Shown: positions 49,771-62,372 of the stretch, one piece after another
Position numbering within the stretch: position 1 is the first letter of the stretch
How the letters are laid out: each line of letters starts with the position of its first letter
Assembly: GCA_003971905.1 (NCBI GenBank)
Contig: RSEE01000122.1
Location: 62,001 to 126,000, forward strand
Source: Moniliella sp. 'wahieum'
Taxonomy: Eukaryota
Direction: 5' to 3'
DNA length: 64,000 bases
Position numbers and translations under genes: made by a program
Notes under the pieces: generated by a model
Database searches by the model: none
What the model saw: only the letters and a program-made list of their open reading frames with translations
What the model was told of the DNA's origin: nothing

Positions 49771-51254
49771 TCATGGGACGTCTTGCTCATTTGTGTGTTG
49801 GGCCTGAACGGAGAGCGAGGGCTTGCTTCCTTCCTCGAGTCGACAGATCTTGTTTCGCCCCTGTGGCGACGGGGGCTCGGACTCGCACCGCCGTTTGCGG
49901 GACATGGGCACTGCCATCTGGTGCCCGGGCTCGTTCTTTACTTCTGGTGAGGGTAGGGTACTGTCGTCAGAGGCTGGCGGTGTAGGAGAATCTTCAGGCA
50001 CCGGGGGGGTTACCACCGAGGTGAAAGCTGCTGACGGTGGATGTGTCGGTGGGTGGAGGAGCAATTCCCGAGGAATGTGCGGCTTGACAAATTGGTCCGA
50101 GTAACTTTTCAGCGCCCGTGTAACAAACGAGCGCGCACTTGCCAGAGTAGCCCAGTACTGCGGTACCTGCACGCTTACCGCCACACCGTTGTACCATGCA
50201 GCTTCGATCCGGTCCAAGCACCATGGTAGACTGGCTGCAATGTCACAAAGTCGATCATCCGTGGGGATCGTCATGCGCTCCTCCCACTTTATCCCCAACT
50301 TCTCCGTGTTCATCAGTTGGTTCCACAGTGCCTCAGGGCTTTGGAGGTAGAGAAATTCGTGCGTCCAACCAAACGCTACGGGGTAAGGAACAGCCACCTT
50401 CACTACTGGAAGATACATCATATCGTCCGGTAGATAGGTCGGCATCGACGTATACACACGGGTGGGGTCGTGGCTTGGAAGCGGCCCCGAACCGAGAAAG
50501 GGAAAGCCAGGTCCACATTGAAGTGCATACGGCGGAGCATGGATTGGAATCAGTTCGCCACAATTTGCGCGGTTGTGCTCCTTGGTGTCATTTGTAGGGC
50601 GGAGAAGTGGTTCAGGTCGTTTAGAGGGTATAAGTGCGAGCATATGAGTAGGAGGCAAAGGACCAATCGGCTTATTCTGTTGTGCTTGCCGAGCTCCTTT
50701 GCCTTTGCCTTTGCCCTTTCCTTTTCCCTTATTCCCCTTTCCTTTTCCCACTTTCCCACCTTCGTTTATACGTTTACTCGCAGAGTCATCACCCTCTTTC
50801 GTTCATTGTTGTGGGTGTTGACTCGCACGTATAAGTCTTGGGGGAAGAACGTGGGAGGAGAACAAAGGGGGGGCAGCGCCCAGACCCAAAAGGATCTGCA
50901 ACTGCCGCTTGTTTGAAGGGATCAGCTCTTGGGTCATGCGAAGCAAGGTGTTCGCACCATCATGTTGTTCAAACCAAAGTTTGCTTGCCACTTCTGCCTC
51001 GGTGAAACAGCCGAGACGTGTATGGTCCTTCTTGTCGTGAAATAAAGATTGAGCCTGGCGAAACAGGCTCTGGTTCTCGCTTGTGTTAATGGCGATGTTG
51101 TGGTTCTGAAAGAGTCGGGCGGGTGCAATGGGGGCAGGGAGGTTGGGAAAGGGCAAGGGTCGAATGCACACATGAAGCCAGGGGTGGGACTTAGATACCA
51201 CCTGTTTTTGGGGGGGGGTGCAGCGCCAGAAGAATGCCCATCAGTAGGAAACAT
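49771..51254 (-). CDS. Clampless-1 (Clp1)-like basidiomycete protein
   Basis: Ordered motifs PTHMLAL, LIPIHAPPYALQC, LPVVKVAVPYPVAF..THEFLY...EALWNQL, IEAAWYNGVAVSV...YWATLASA match my recollection of the Clp1 family; 5' part from ORF 50803-51201 joined by inference. Confidence 0.55.
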
Positions 51255-53533
51255 TTGATAATTTGAGAATGCAGACTCTTGGAGGACTGTAGAGGCGAGG
51301 GAATGGTCTCTCAGGCGAAGGGATGGAAAGGAATGGAGTCTTGTGGGGAATGGAACCATGCGCAAGTAAATATACTAAAGATGTTGTCCAGGGGTGCTTG
51401 AAGGACGGTACACAGGTGGCTGCTATGCAATGGGGTCTCTGCGTCCAACAGAAACAATATGACCAGCCCTTGAATGCCGCGGATCATCGATCACAGCCTA
51501 TAGAAGTACAATTACATGTCTCGGTCCCCCTATAGCAAGACATCGACATCATGCATCGTATTCAACGGTTTGTAGCGCGTTTTGCACTATCAAACAGCTT
51601 CCGTACTACATATGATTTCCCCTCAGCTGCGGAGCTCATACATGTCAGTTCTCCCTCAGCGCTCAGCTGCGGAGCTCAAGCCATGAACGGCGAGGTGGCC
51701 AATTTTTAGGCGGCATAATGTGGGGGTGATGCAAAAAAAAGAGGAGATGCTGATGTGGTTATAATAGTGTGTAATGTGGCTTCGATGACTCTTCTCAAGC
51801 ACATAATAAGTGTGCCGTGCCGCACCCATACGCGTTGAACGTTGAACGTTGATGAGTGGCTGTGGACAGAGCAGCACTATAACCGCGGGTTATTAGGAAT
51901 TTAAGGTACGACAAACTCCAGCAACAGAGCTTTATAGTAGCCTCTCGTGCTATACGTGTTTATACGTTCAAAAGCTCTTCTCCATTGGTATACCGCATTG
52001 CGTGAATGTGACCGCAAGAATATATTGCGGGAATACCCTGTTTGTTAGGGTAGCGACGCGTGAAACTTGAAGGCTCTGACCTGGACACAACCTAGTCTCT
52101 AGACCACAGAAGATAAGGGAGTAATAATCAAATAACGAGGTGAGAAAGAAGAAGGAGAACTCTGGAGTCTAGCGTTCACATCTCCGAATCAGGCACGGCA
52201 CTGGTGGGTGACGTGGCAACATTGGGTCTTTCTATTTTCTGAAGCTCTCTGATCTTTCTGTAAATGATATGACTATAGTACTGACGGGACCTTCCTGTTG
52301 ACATGTTCTCTCCCCCACCTCTCATTCCCCTGTCCACATATAACAGAGGGCCGTTTGATTGAGTGGATCCGGATTTTCGCTACTGAGGTGTGAGAGAACC
52401 ACATCCCAACAGGTATTGGAAAACAAGGCGAGAGAATCGTATGTGTTTTGTTTTGCACATCAACAAGCGTTACGCAGCGTCACGCGTCTTGCGACTAGAA
52501 TGCGACTTCAGGGGCGCGCTCGACGATCCTATGGGGGTCGCTCCGATGCAGTCTCCAGTCACTAGTCACTAGTCACTAGTCAAGGCGCGAAGGGAAGGTG
52601 GCGAGTCATAATGCATAAGTGTTCAAGCTACGCCTGATGGGAAGGGGACGGGAAAGAGAGGAGAGAGAGAGGAGCGAGAGCTCGCTGCGCATCAGTTATA
52701 TGTGTCACGCGAGAGCCGAATTATTCCGTCTGGCTATGAGGCGAGCGTCATGCGTCACTAGTCACTGGCCACCGATCAACCTCGGGCCTTGCGAGGAAGA
52801 TGTATCGCTACCATTTATTAGCGGTTTTGAGTTGAGGTTGATGACATGTTGACATGAAACCTTTTCCCGTCTTAACTGAGTACTGAAGTCTCCGAGACCC
52901 GCAGCGAGAGACCTTTACGAAATACAACCTCCAACGGAGGCTGATGAATCACTTGTCGCACACTGCTCTCCTCATCTGCTGTGTTTTGCACGATGTATAT
53001 ACTCAAACGCGCGCTTTTGCGCCTCCCATGTCGCCCTGTGCCCTGTTAGAGAGTGTATCATCTATGGCTCTCTCCAATTAAAAAGCCCCGCATGGTACAC
53101 TTATGGTGGACACAGCGCGCGGCCCCGCGCATAATGTGCATCATTGCCCAGGAACGATGAAAGAGCGCAATAAAAAGGCTGCGGAGGGAGTGCACACACT
53201 CTCTCAGGGAGTGTGGGGAGCAGGGAGCGATGGGGACGGGCTTGTCCCTCAGGCCTCACATCTATTAGTAAAAGGGGGATGATCCGATCGATCGATGATC
53301 GACGGAGGTTGAAGCTTGAAGGGAAAGTGACATGTGTATACAAAGTGCCGAGATATGTGGGTCACGGAGAGATGGCCGCATGGACTGTCTGGGGGAGAAG
53401 TGCCTGCGCCAGGATATGTTGACCAGGGTCCTATGGGCCAGCCACCTCCGAGGTCATCGACCTGACCATCTTACTCATCCGGACACCACGCCACAGTATC
53501 CCTATCCTCTTGCGTTATTGCGCCACTCTTTCC

Positions 53534-53604
53534 TCTTCTCTTCTTCTTCTTCTTCTTCTTCTTCTTCTTCTTCTTTCTTCTTCTTCTTCTTCTTCTTCTT
53601 CTTC
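53534..53604. repeat. (CTT)n microsatellite
   Basis: Directly visible, with one interruption. Confidence 0.97.
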
Positions 53605-55578
53605 TGATTCTCAGTCTGGGTTCGACCCAGCTACATTCAAGAGGCGTCGCTCCCCGCTCAACCACATTGCACAATCAATATCTATATTCTTCAAGAACTG
53701 CTGTTATACGGGTTGAGACGTTGAGATCAAATACAATCAGATCCGACACAGCCCGTAACATGATCAACATGCATCATGCATCATGAGCGACACGTTGAAG
53801 AGATCAAAATCTTCAAGCTCAAGTTCGGTTGAAAGGGGGCGGAGTGGCACAGCGATAGCTGGTAAAAAAATAACATATGATGTAGTATAGAATGCCACTT
53901 AAGAAAACTCTATTGAACGTTGACCGAACGTTGACTAATGTCACCCGCGAAGACGGGCTGGTATAAGCTTGGTGGAGTCTACGCGCTCCCTTCATCTCTC
54001 TATATATGGCCCAATCCCAGAGCTCGCTCCCAGCAAATCCAATAAACGTCAACTTCGTCAACGCGTCAACCCTCGTCAGATCGTTGCTGGTCAGACCATC
54101 AGGAGGGTTTCGAGGGTCACTGCAGGCTGGCTCGCCTAAACAAAACCCATCTAGAGTCCGTCGAGTCTAAACGGAGCATGCTTCCAATGACCTGGGCGAC
54201 CAAGATGGCGTCGTTTCCGTACGGCTGCGCGGAGTCCTTGTTGTGGATGAATTGAGTGCTACAGTGGTGACATGCAACCCTGCTGCAGTGCTCTTATCTT
54301 TTCCCTTGCTGTGAAAGGGAGTTTAGCTCTTGTGGGAGCTACGCAGTGAATGCTATGGCTCTGAACGCTTCCATCCCCAGTTAGCTGCACAATAGTCTTC
54401 AGATCCGTGAGTGAGCATTGCGCCTCAATACATTGTGAGTCCCGATACTGAATTGATTCTACTGTAGCGACGTCCTGGTCCACTCTCGGCTATGGAGACC
54501 GCATTGGATGCTGAGGCGATTAGGACAGTAGCGCAGGCGATCAATTACGGGCGAGAGATAGGCGTTGGTGATAGGAACCAGAACAAGAGGCACAGGGGAA
54601 TGCTACTAGTCGTTGGCTTACGCGAGTACGCACGCATCAGCAGTCCTCAAAGCCCGCGGAGCCACGGGGCTTGTCAGGAGACGGAGATAGGGGAAAGGGA
54701 GCAGATGCATTCCATTATACATCTTCTATGGACGCAGAGGAGGTATATGACCTCCTCAGGAAGGGTCACAGTCGAGAGGTGGGCACAGGATCCCAACTGA
54801 TAGGAATCACGCCATGGTGCCCATACGGGCCTAGTGGGCAAGGGCCCCTTATTAGCACGATATGATTCTGACAGGGCTAATGAGGCCGGAAGTACACCGC
54901 GATCCGTGAAGTCAGTCACCGTCGCAACATTACTTCAACAATATTTGGTCTTTGGTCTTGAGCGCAAGTGAGCGTAAGGTGAGCTGCCGGATCTGACGGT
55001 ACTTTCTTGATCCGATTGTATCGTTTTGTTGGGAGATTCTCCCTCACAGGCCCCTCAGTCCTCATATATCATTTTTCATACCTATTAGGTTCTTGCTGAG
55101 GGTGGAGAACCTGCTCATTACTTTGAGTCTTTTTTCGTGTTGGACTGTTCCTCTGTTCCTATTAGGGAACCCTTCGTCCTTACTTGATTTGTGTTCCTTT
55201 CGAGAGCCCTGCGCCTTTATTCCTTCCTTTTTCTTTTTACATTGTATGTTCCTTCCTTGAACAGATTACCTGTATAGAGCCTTTGGTCAATGTTCTTCCC
55301 CTAGAAGGTAATTTTGTTCCCTTCTTTCCCACCGTTCCTCTCCTCTCTCATGGGTACCCCCGTTATTATTGTAACCTCAGGCACCCTTATCATTTGCCTC
55401 ATCATCGATCATCCCGAATCTGTGTGACTATAGTCAGCTCCTCTTCCTTTACTGGGGAAGACGTTTCACCTCCTGCACTTTACACTAGTGTTATGAATAT
55501 GACGCCACACCTCAATAGGACGCCACACCTCTTTCCCCTGACCCCATGCATCGTTTGGTTGGACACCCAAGAATGGGA

Positions 55579-56680
55579 CTAGAACAAGTCATCGGCACGT
55601 GCGCGTTTTGTGCCCCTAGCCTCGCCGAGCGGATCGAGGGGGATAAGGAGGTCGGTTAAGAGAGGTTTGTGGGGGGTGTACTCAATCACCTCTGGCGGTA
55701 CAGGCAGGTTGGGCCGCGGTGGTAGCCCTGGAAGATGAAGAGCCGAAGGTCCCCAAGAGGGGGGCACCGCGCGGCTCACCCCATCTGACGGCAAAGGTGG
55801 GCCCGTATCATACGCCTCGTCCACCTCTACATACGCATACTCTGGCTCCCGCGCCAACTTCTCCTCGGGGCTCAGCGCAGCGTCGGTATAGACCAAACGC
55901 TGTTTTGTACCTTCTTGCTGGGCCCGGAGATGAGGTGCGAGGACCGGCACGGGCGGCGGGCGGGGCGCCGGGGCACCGATAAGCGCCGTGTGCGCATGCT
56001 CGCCCCCTACTGCTGGCGGCGGCACACCTCCCTGCCGCACGCGCCGGAACGCGTCCAATTGTTGTTTCAACGTCTCGACCGACAAGACGCCCTTGTGAAT
56101 CCGCGGTTTCTTGGACACTTGTGCCCCTTGGCCTTGCGTACGCGCTGCTTTGCGCCGCTCCCACTCGTGCAAATCTTGTTCCGGAACCCCTTCCATCCCG
56201 TAAATCTCAAGCTCCAGCGTATCCCGTCCGGGTAACGTGTTTTCCAGTCTGTCTCCCCCGCAAAGTCACCGTCACGTCATCATCATCGCCAAATGGGTCA
56301 GTATCATCATGTCGTGCCAAGGGGGTACGTTGTCACGAGAACTAATGGGAACGGACTTACGTGGTCAGCTCGGCCTTGTGGACTTGATCCAAGTGCACCC
56401 CCAGGCCACCGGCAGTGTTGAGGCGACGCGGGCATTGCGGACAGCGGAAATGCTTGGCACGCTGGTGGGAGATGAGCACCTTTTCATCTTCAAACTCGCG
56501 ACTGGAAAAGCAAATCAATGGGAAGACGCAGGGGACGGGGGTCAGTGTCGCGGCGTGGCTAGGCGAGGGAGCAGGGAAGCGGGAGATGGAGATGGAGAGG
56601 GAGAGAAAGAGAAAGACTCCGACGTACTCGCAGTACCAGCACCACGCCAAGAGCTCCACAGGCGCCTTCTTCTTGACCAT
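55579..56680 (-). CDS. C2H2 zinc-finger protein, ZNF207/BuGZ-like
   Basis: WCWYC.REFEDEKVLISHQRAKHFRCPQCPRRLNTAGGLGVHLDQVHK...LPGRD..ELEIYGMEGVP; C-terminal LSPEEKLA; introns 56502-56627 and 56249-56360. Confidence 0.9.
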
Positions 56681-57012
56681 TGCAGCACCACGTCGAAATG
56701 AGAAGAGAGGGAGGCGGGAGGCCGGCCGTGCGGTAGTGGTAGCAGAGCGTACCCACTACCCTCCCCGCCGTCCGCCCATCGCGTCCGACACCTCCGCCTG
56801 AGGCCACACCAGATGCCCTCTCCCCCGTGGCCCGGCCATTCCGTTCCGCCACGGGGCGGAATGCGGATGGATTGCAGCGAATTATTTTTGTCCTCCCCGC
56901 GCCCCATCTTGGCCCAAGTGTCATACTCAAGTCTGGCTGGAGGGAGCCAAGTTGAGAGAGAGAGTGGTGGGGGTGCCCATTGGTCTCCCTCCCACTCCAT
57001 CCCTTCACCAAC

Positions 57013-58044
57013 ATGTTCAAGCGTTTCAAGCGGCACGAAGAGCGGGCGGACATGGCCGAGGAACTGGGCTTGGACCGCGAACCGATGAGCATCGATTTCG
57101 ATGAGTCGTCCGATTCCGACTCGGGCTCCGATTCGGGTTCCGATTCGGGCTCTGATTCGGGGACAGAGAGCGAGGCGGAAGTGGACATTACGTCTACCAA
57201 GCCTGAGGGTACGGGCAAGAGGAAGCGCGGGTCCAATGAGGAGGAGTCGGAGGAGGAGGAGGCGTCAGAGGAGGAGTCGGAGTCGGAGTCGGATGGGGAG
57301 GAGCAAGGGGAGGAGGTATCTGATTCCGAAGCCGAGTCCGAAGCCGAGTCGAGTCGGAGAATGAAGTGGTACTACCACCAAAGAGTGTGGCCGAAACGTA
57401 AAGGATCCGATTGCTGTGGATGCCAATGCACCATTTAAGAAAGGGTTCCAGTGGCGCTCATGTCTCATTTGCCCGGGTCTGAAGCTTAAGGAGGAGCATG
57501 TGGTGCAAGAGCATGTACGCTCCAAGCGGCATGCTCAACGTCTTGCCGCTTACACCCAGTATGCCCTCAAGGAGCTCAGCGAAGAACAGCGGAGTTTTGT
57601 GGGAGAAGGCATGGTGGATCCGCGACACTTGACTGCCGAGTTGGATGCCTTGCAGCGCAAAGCGGCCGAGCCCGCTACCAAGAAGGCCAAGACCAAGTCC
57701 GAGGTATGTCGGGGTTGCAGGGGCAGAGCAGAGGGATCGTTTACTAACGGGATGTATCAGGGAAAGGAGGCAGGCCCGCCAAAGGACAAGAAAACAAGAG
57801 CAAGAGCAAGGAAAGCAGCGAGGGGGCGCTGCAGCCTGTGATCGGACTGTGTCGCGCGGGCGAAAAGGGCCACAAGTTTACCCACGACGAATGGGCAGCC
57901 TTGTCGCAACAGGACAAGACGGCGGTCATGCGAGTACAACGGATGGCCAAGCGTGTGGCTAAGCGCAAGTCTTCCAAGGCCGAAAGGAAAAGTAACCCTG
58001 CCTCCATCAAAGAGGCTACGAAACACCTACGCAAGCTTGAATGA
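57013..58044 (+). CDS. Conserved hypothetical protein with acidic tract, single C2H2-like finger and basic tail
   Basis: MFKRFKRHEER...D/E/S tract...CLICPGLKLKEEHVVQEHVRSKRHAQRL; intron 57704-57760; frameshifts. Confidence 0.6.
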
Positions 58045-58850
58045 ACCTCGCATCCTTTTGAGCGCAGGATTGAAGTGGGGTACAGGGAAGGCATGGGTAT
58101 GAACGTGCTCTACCTATTACTAGTTACTAGTGGCGCATACCCCGTGCACGCTGGGCCAGCCGCTATGTGGGAGTTCTGTGCGATCTGTGCGATCTGATCC
58201 ACCCCAGCATCGTAATAGTCTCGATATGGTTAAGCTTTTCACAGCATCCACCGCTTCTCCCCACTAGGGGACAACCAATATGCTCATCTAGGAGTTGGCA
58301 GCGGACGCGCCCGAGGGAGACAGCACTGGGGTACCGACGAACCATAGTGCAGAACCCAGATTCGCGATAGAGTGAGGCTCTGTCAAGCGTCGTCGGACGC
58401 CTCTCCCACGCCTTGAAATGAACGCACCATGCCACATAGCGCTATCATTAATGCCAATCTGCCATCATCGTGATGCATGTGCAAGCATCTGAAGCTCATC
58501 GGCCAAATACGGAGGATTACAAGGAAACAAGCCCACATAAAGCTACTATCATGTATCACAAGCTCCGTGTGGCTGGTACTCTCCGCTGGTGGGGCAAGTG
58601 GGCGACTGTTGGCCATTCGTTTAGGTTTACTACACTTTTATTTGCCCGATGCCTCTGAGCTCGACCGAAGCTGGGAAAGTCATGTACTCAACCTACTGAA
58701 CTCTCTAAAAATGGAAGGTGCTATCGCGAGAGACTCTCCCCGACATCCCTCGCCACTACATTGAGAAATGAAGTCATTGAGAAAAAACTGAAGATTGGAT
58801 CAATGATGGGAACCATTGAACGTATAGTGAACAGACAGCCATTCCGTCAG

Positions 58851-60077
58851 CTACTGCTTCAGCAACTGGATGGGCGCAGGCGGGTCCACAATTGCGAGGG
58901 GCGCTAGATTTGACGAGGAAGTTCTCCTTGGTGTGGTACCAATCATAGTGAGCGGGAAGCCAATGTCAAAGGGGATGACACTTTCGAGGTACTTGACTGC
59001 TGCTGGGGCGTGAGCTTGATCGAAAGAGCCTCAATGTTTTGCTTGAGGTGCTCAATCTTGCGCCCACCCACGATCGGGTAGACCCAAGGGTACTTGCTCA
59101 TCACATACGCAATCGCCACTGCCGTCAATGACTCGACTCCCACTTCCTCTGCCACCTTTTCGAGCGCAGCCGAGATCTTGGCTTCGTTTTCGGTTTGCTC
59201 GGCACCGCCACGCAAATGGCCCCCTTCGGCCTTGCGCGCTTCGATTTCCTTGGCCGTCTTGAACTTGCCCCCGCCCATCACGTCCCAGGGACACAGCGCC
59301 ATACCAAACGTACGTGCCATCGGCAAAATGTCCCGCTCAAAGTCGCGGGCCATCACGTTCCAGCGCCCTTGGTAGACACTAAAGGGCGTCTTGCCGTGCG
59401 CCTTGGCGTACGTGTTGGCCGCCGAAACCACCCACGCAGGCGTGTCCGACACACCAAGGTACAGCACCTTGCCCTGCTTGACGAGAATGTCGAGACTGTC
59501 CATCACCTCCTCAATGCTGGTGGAGTGGTCCCACCAGTGGAGGTACCTGCGTGCGCGAGTGTCGGTTAGCTCCTCTGCCCTCCATCGCGCCAAAAACAAG
59601 AGTTCAATCACGGGGAGAGACGTACAGAATGTCAATGTAGTCCGTCTGGAGCTTGCGCAGCGACGCATGCACACTCATGTGCAACGACTTGGCACTGTTG
59701 CCCGACGCATTGGGCACATTACCTTTCCCATCGGCGTAGGAACGGTAGTCAGTCGTGTACTTGGTGGCCAACACAATCCGGTCCCGGTTCTTGCGTGCTG
59801 CCATCCAGTTGCCCAAGATGGTCTCCGACTCTTCCCCTTGGTAGTTGTTGGAGGTGTCAATCGCGTTGCCACCAGCAGCGACAAACGCATCGAGCAACGC
59901 AAACGCATCTTCTTCGTTCAAAGCACCCATGAACTCCGACCACGCAGTCCCGATCGACATGGCGCCCAGGAAGAAGGGCGAGACGCGCACACTGGCCCGC
60001 GGGCCCAGAATGCGGTAGCGGCCCAGTTCGGTGGCGGGCTCAGGAGCAGGACCAAAGAGCTTGAGGAATTCAGACAT
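58851..60077 (-). CDS. Aryl-alcohol dehydrogenase-type aldo-keto reductase
   Basis: LGRYRILGP, VSPFFLGAMSIG, GGNAIDTSNNYQ, IVLATKYT, SLRKLQTDYIDILYLHWWD, YLGVSDTPAWVV, YQGRWN, PIVGGRKIEHL; intron 59547-59625. Confidence 0.93.
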
Positions 60078-61230
60078 GGTGGGAGGAGCGGGGATGGAAG
60101 CACAGCGGGAAAGAGGAGATGGTGGGGGAAGAGGTGGCTGGCGAAGGGAATGGAAGCGCGCCTAAATGGGCAAAGCGAGGCTGGGGAGTGGGCTGAGCCT
60201 CAGCGCTGAGGACGGTTGGAGAGGCCGAGGAGCAGAAAGGTCGGCTGTGACATGTCATGCACATGGGCATCAGCAGAGGCGCGACCGCGGGGGTGGACGA
60301 AGAAGGAGGTGGCCCGTGCATATCAGCTATCAGCTATCAATATCAGCGCCCTGTCCTCCCTACCCCGCTTAATCGCAACGCGTACCTGCCCCTTGAAGCT
60401 CTTGAAGCTTGAGGCTGAAGCTTGAATTCTAACCGGTGGAGTGACTCCAACGTTAATGACTGTCACCGAGTGACATGCAGCAAGCGTGGCAAGCTTAGCT
60501 TGAATCGTTAATCATTCATGGACCAACTCGACGCGTGGACCTGTGGGGCAACCAGCCTCCAGCTTCGCTGTCCATCGACGTCATCAACCACACTGGGGCG
60601 CCTGAGCACTATCGTAACGCGTAAGCACCGTCAGCGTCAGCGTCAGCGTCAGCAAGGATTGCCGCGGAGGGGAAGGTCTGCGCCTCGGAGGCTCTGGGGA
60701 GCTTCTTGGTGGTGGGCGTAGCGGTTTCCTCATGGTGAGGCGATTGACTAGTGTCAGCTAGTGAGGCTGCGATGATCGATCGATGAGGCTGGTCGGGATC
60801 TGCGGTCTGATGGCCAGATCTGAGATTCTGAGATCTCTGGAGCTTGAAACCAACCCGAACAAGCTCCTCCGTCAGCGATCCTCGCGGTTCATCATCCGTC
60901 TTCCCTCCGGGCCGACGGACGTTACCGGGTATAACGCGCTGTCAGCCGCTTAGGCGCTGAGGATTGATGATCAGCACAATTCTCAGCAATTCAATATTAG
61001 CCAGCCGCTGTCTGCTCCACCCCCCACCGGGCGGCGTCCACCCACCGCGGATGGCTTAGGCCATCCCTCCCTCCCTTCCTCCCTCCATCTTCTTCCCCAG
61101 CATCAGCGGACATCCATTCCCTCGGGATGGCCGTCACCATTCACCCCGTGCGGGTAGCCCACTTTGACCTGGCCCAACCCCAAGCAGATCGACTGCGCCC
61201 GGCCCACCCACCTACTCTATCCCATCTGCC

Positions 61231-62262
61231 CCGCTTGCTTGTCTCCCCACCTCTGCACTCGGTACTCACGCCACCCTGTTCGGCGCAGCATAGTGTACCA
61301 CCTACAGCCAGCGGGGGGCATTGGTCTTCTGCTCGAGTGGGGCGCTGCGTAGGATATCACCCGATTCACTGCTTACCACCTCCGCGGCGCATCTTGCTTC
61401 GTCCCACCCCATGTAGGAAAGCCTTCACAAGGAGGCCGGGGTTGGGTCCGTGTCAGTACGCAGTACTCAGTACTGTTAGTGTTTTGTTCGAGTACTGAAG
61501 TTTTGGGGGTGAGGTACCCTCGTGGTAAAATCTTTTCGTTAACTCCCCATCGTTGGCCGGCCCTCCATTTCTACTTTCCATACGCGAGTAGGCATCAAAA
61601 ACTCCTACTGCTCCCGACCTGCACGTGACGGGTGGGTGGGCTGGCTACGCCCATGATCGGGCATATGGCAGAGTCGCGTCGACGCGTCCCTCCACTACCT
61701 TAAAAGGGGAGCGGTGGTGCAAAGAGTAACCGTGGCACAAGGGCGGAGTCTGAAGGTAAAAGGAGAGAGGAGAGAGGAGAGAGAGAAGGGAGATGAAGCG
61801 AGCAGGGCGTGCGCCCCCTGCGAGCGGAACTCTTCCGCACGGCTAAGGGAGCGTCACCGATCCACTGAGGGTCGGGCAGGGGAGCCCCAGCACTACCCTC
61901 AACAGAAGCAAGCGGATACTGCGAAGGCACTAAGAATACACCCGATAGCACTTCCTCGTACCATATATTGCATCGTGTGGAAAGTCAGCTGGAGATGCGT
62001 GCGTTAGATCCTCTCCTAGGGGGCACCGCCACCCCCAATGTAGTGTCTGAAGGGCATGCGCTTCTGCGTGGCCGTGAGCTGAAGACCACCGTCGGTCGCC
62101 TCCGCTCGTTACTGCTGTGGCTGTATATACGAGGTACAAACGAGGGAGAGTTAAATTTCAGATTGCAAGGTAGCTGCCCAAAAAGGAGACAGCGCTGCGC
62201 TAGGGTTAACTGCGTCGACCAGCCCCATTCTTTCAAATCGCATTTAGCGGGGCCGTCGACTG
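61231..62262. ncRNA. Candidate long structured non-coding RNA (identity unknown)
   Basis: No convincing ORF; several nested long-range inverted repeats and many local hairpins (see findings). Confidence 0.35.
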
Positions 62263-62372
62263 GCCGCACCATTCCGCCCCCGCCCGCCCCTGCAATTCCG
62301 CTGCGGACCACCCACTGACGCGTCCGCGGCCATGCCCCCCGCCTTCCTCCTCCCGCCCATCGCCATCGCCCC

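Noticed and set aside
61975..61995. GGAAAGTC (RNase P/MRP CR-I-like) on plus and GCTGACTTTC (vertebrate telomerase CR2-like) on minus
   Set aside because: No matching partner strand at a suitable distance for either, so not used as identifying evidence
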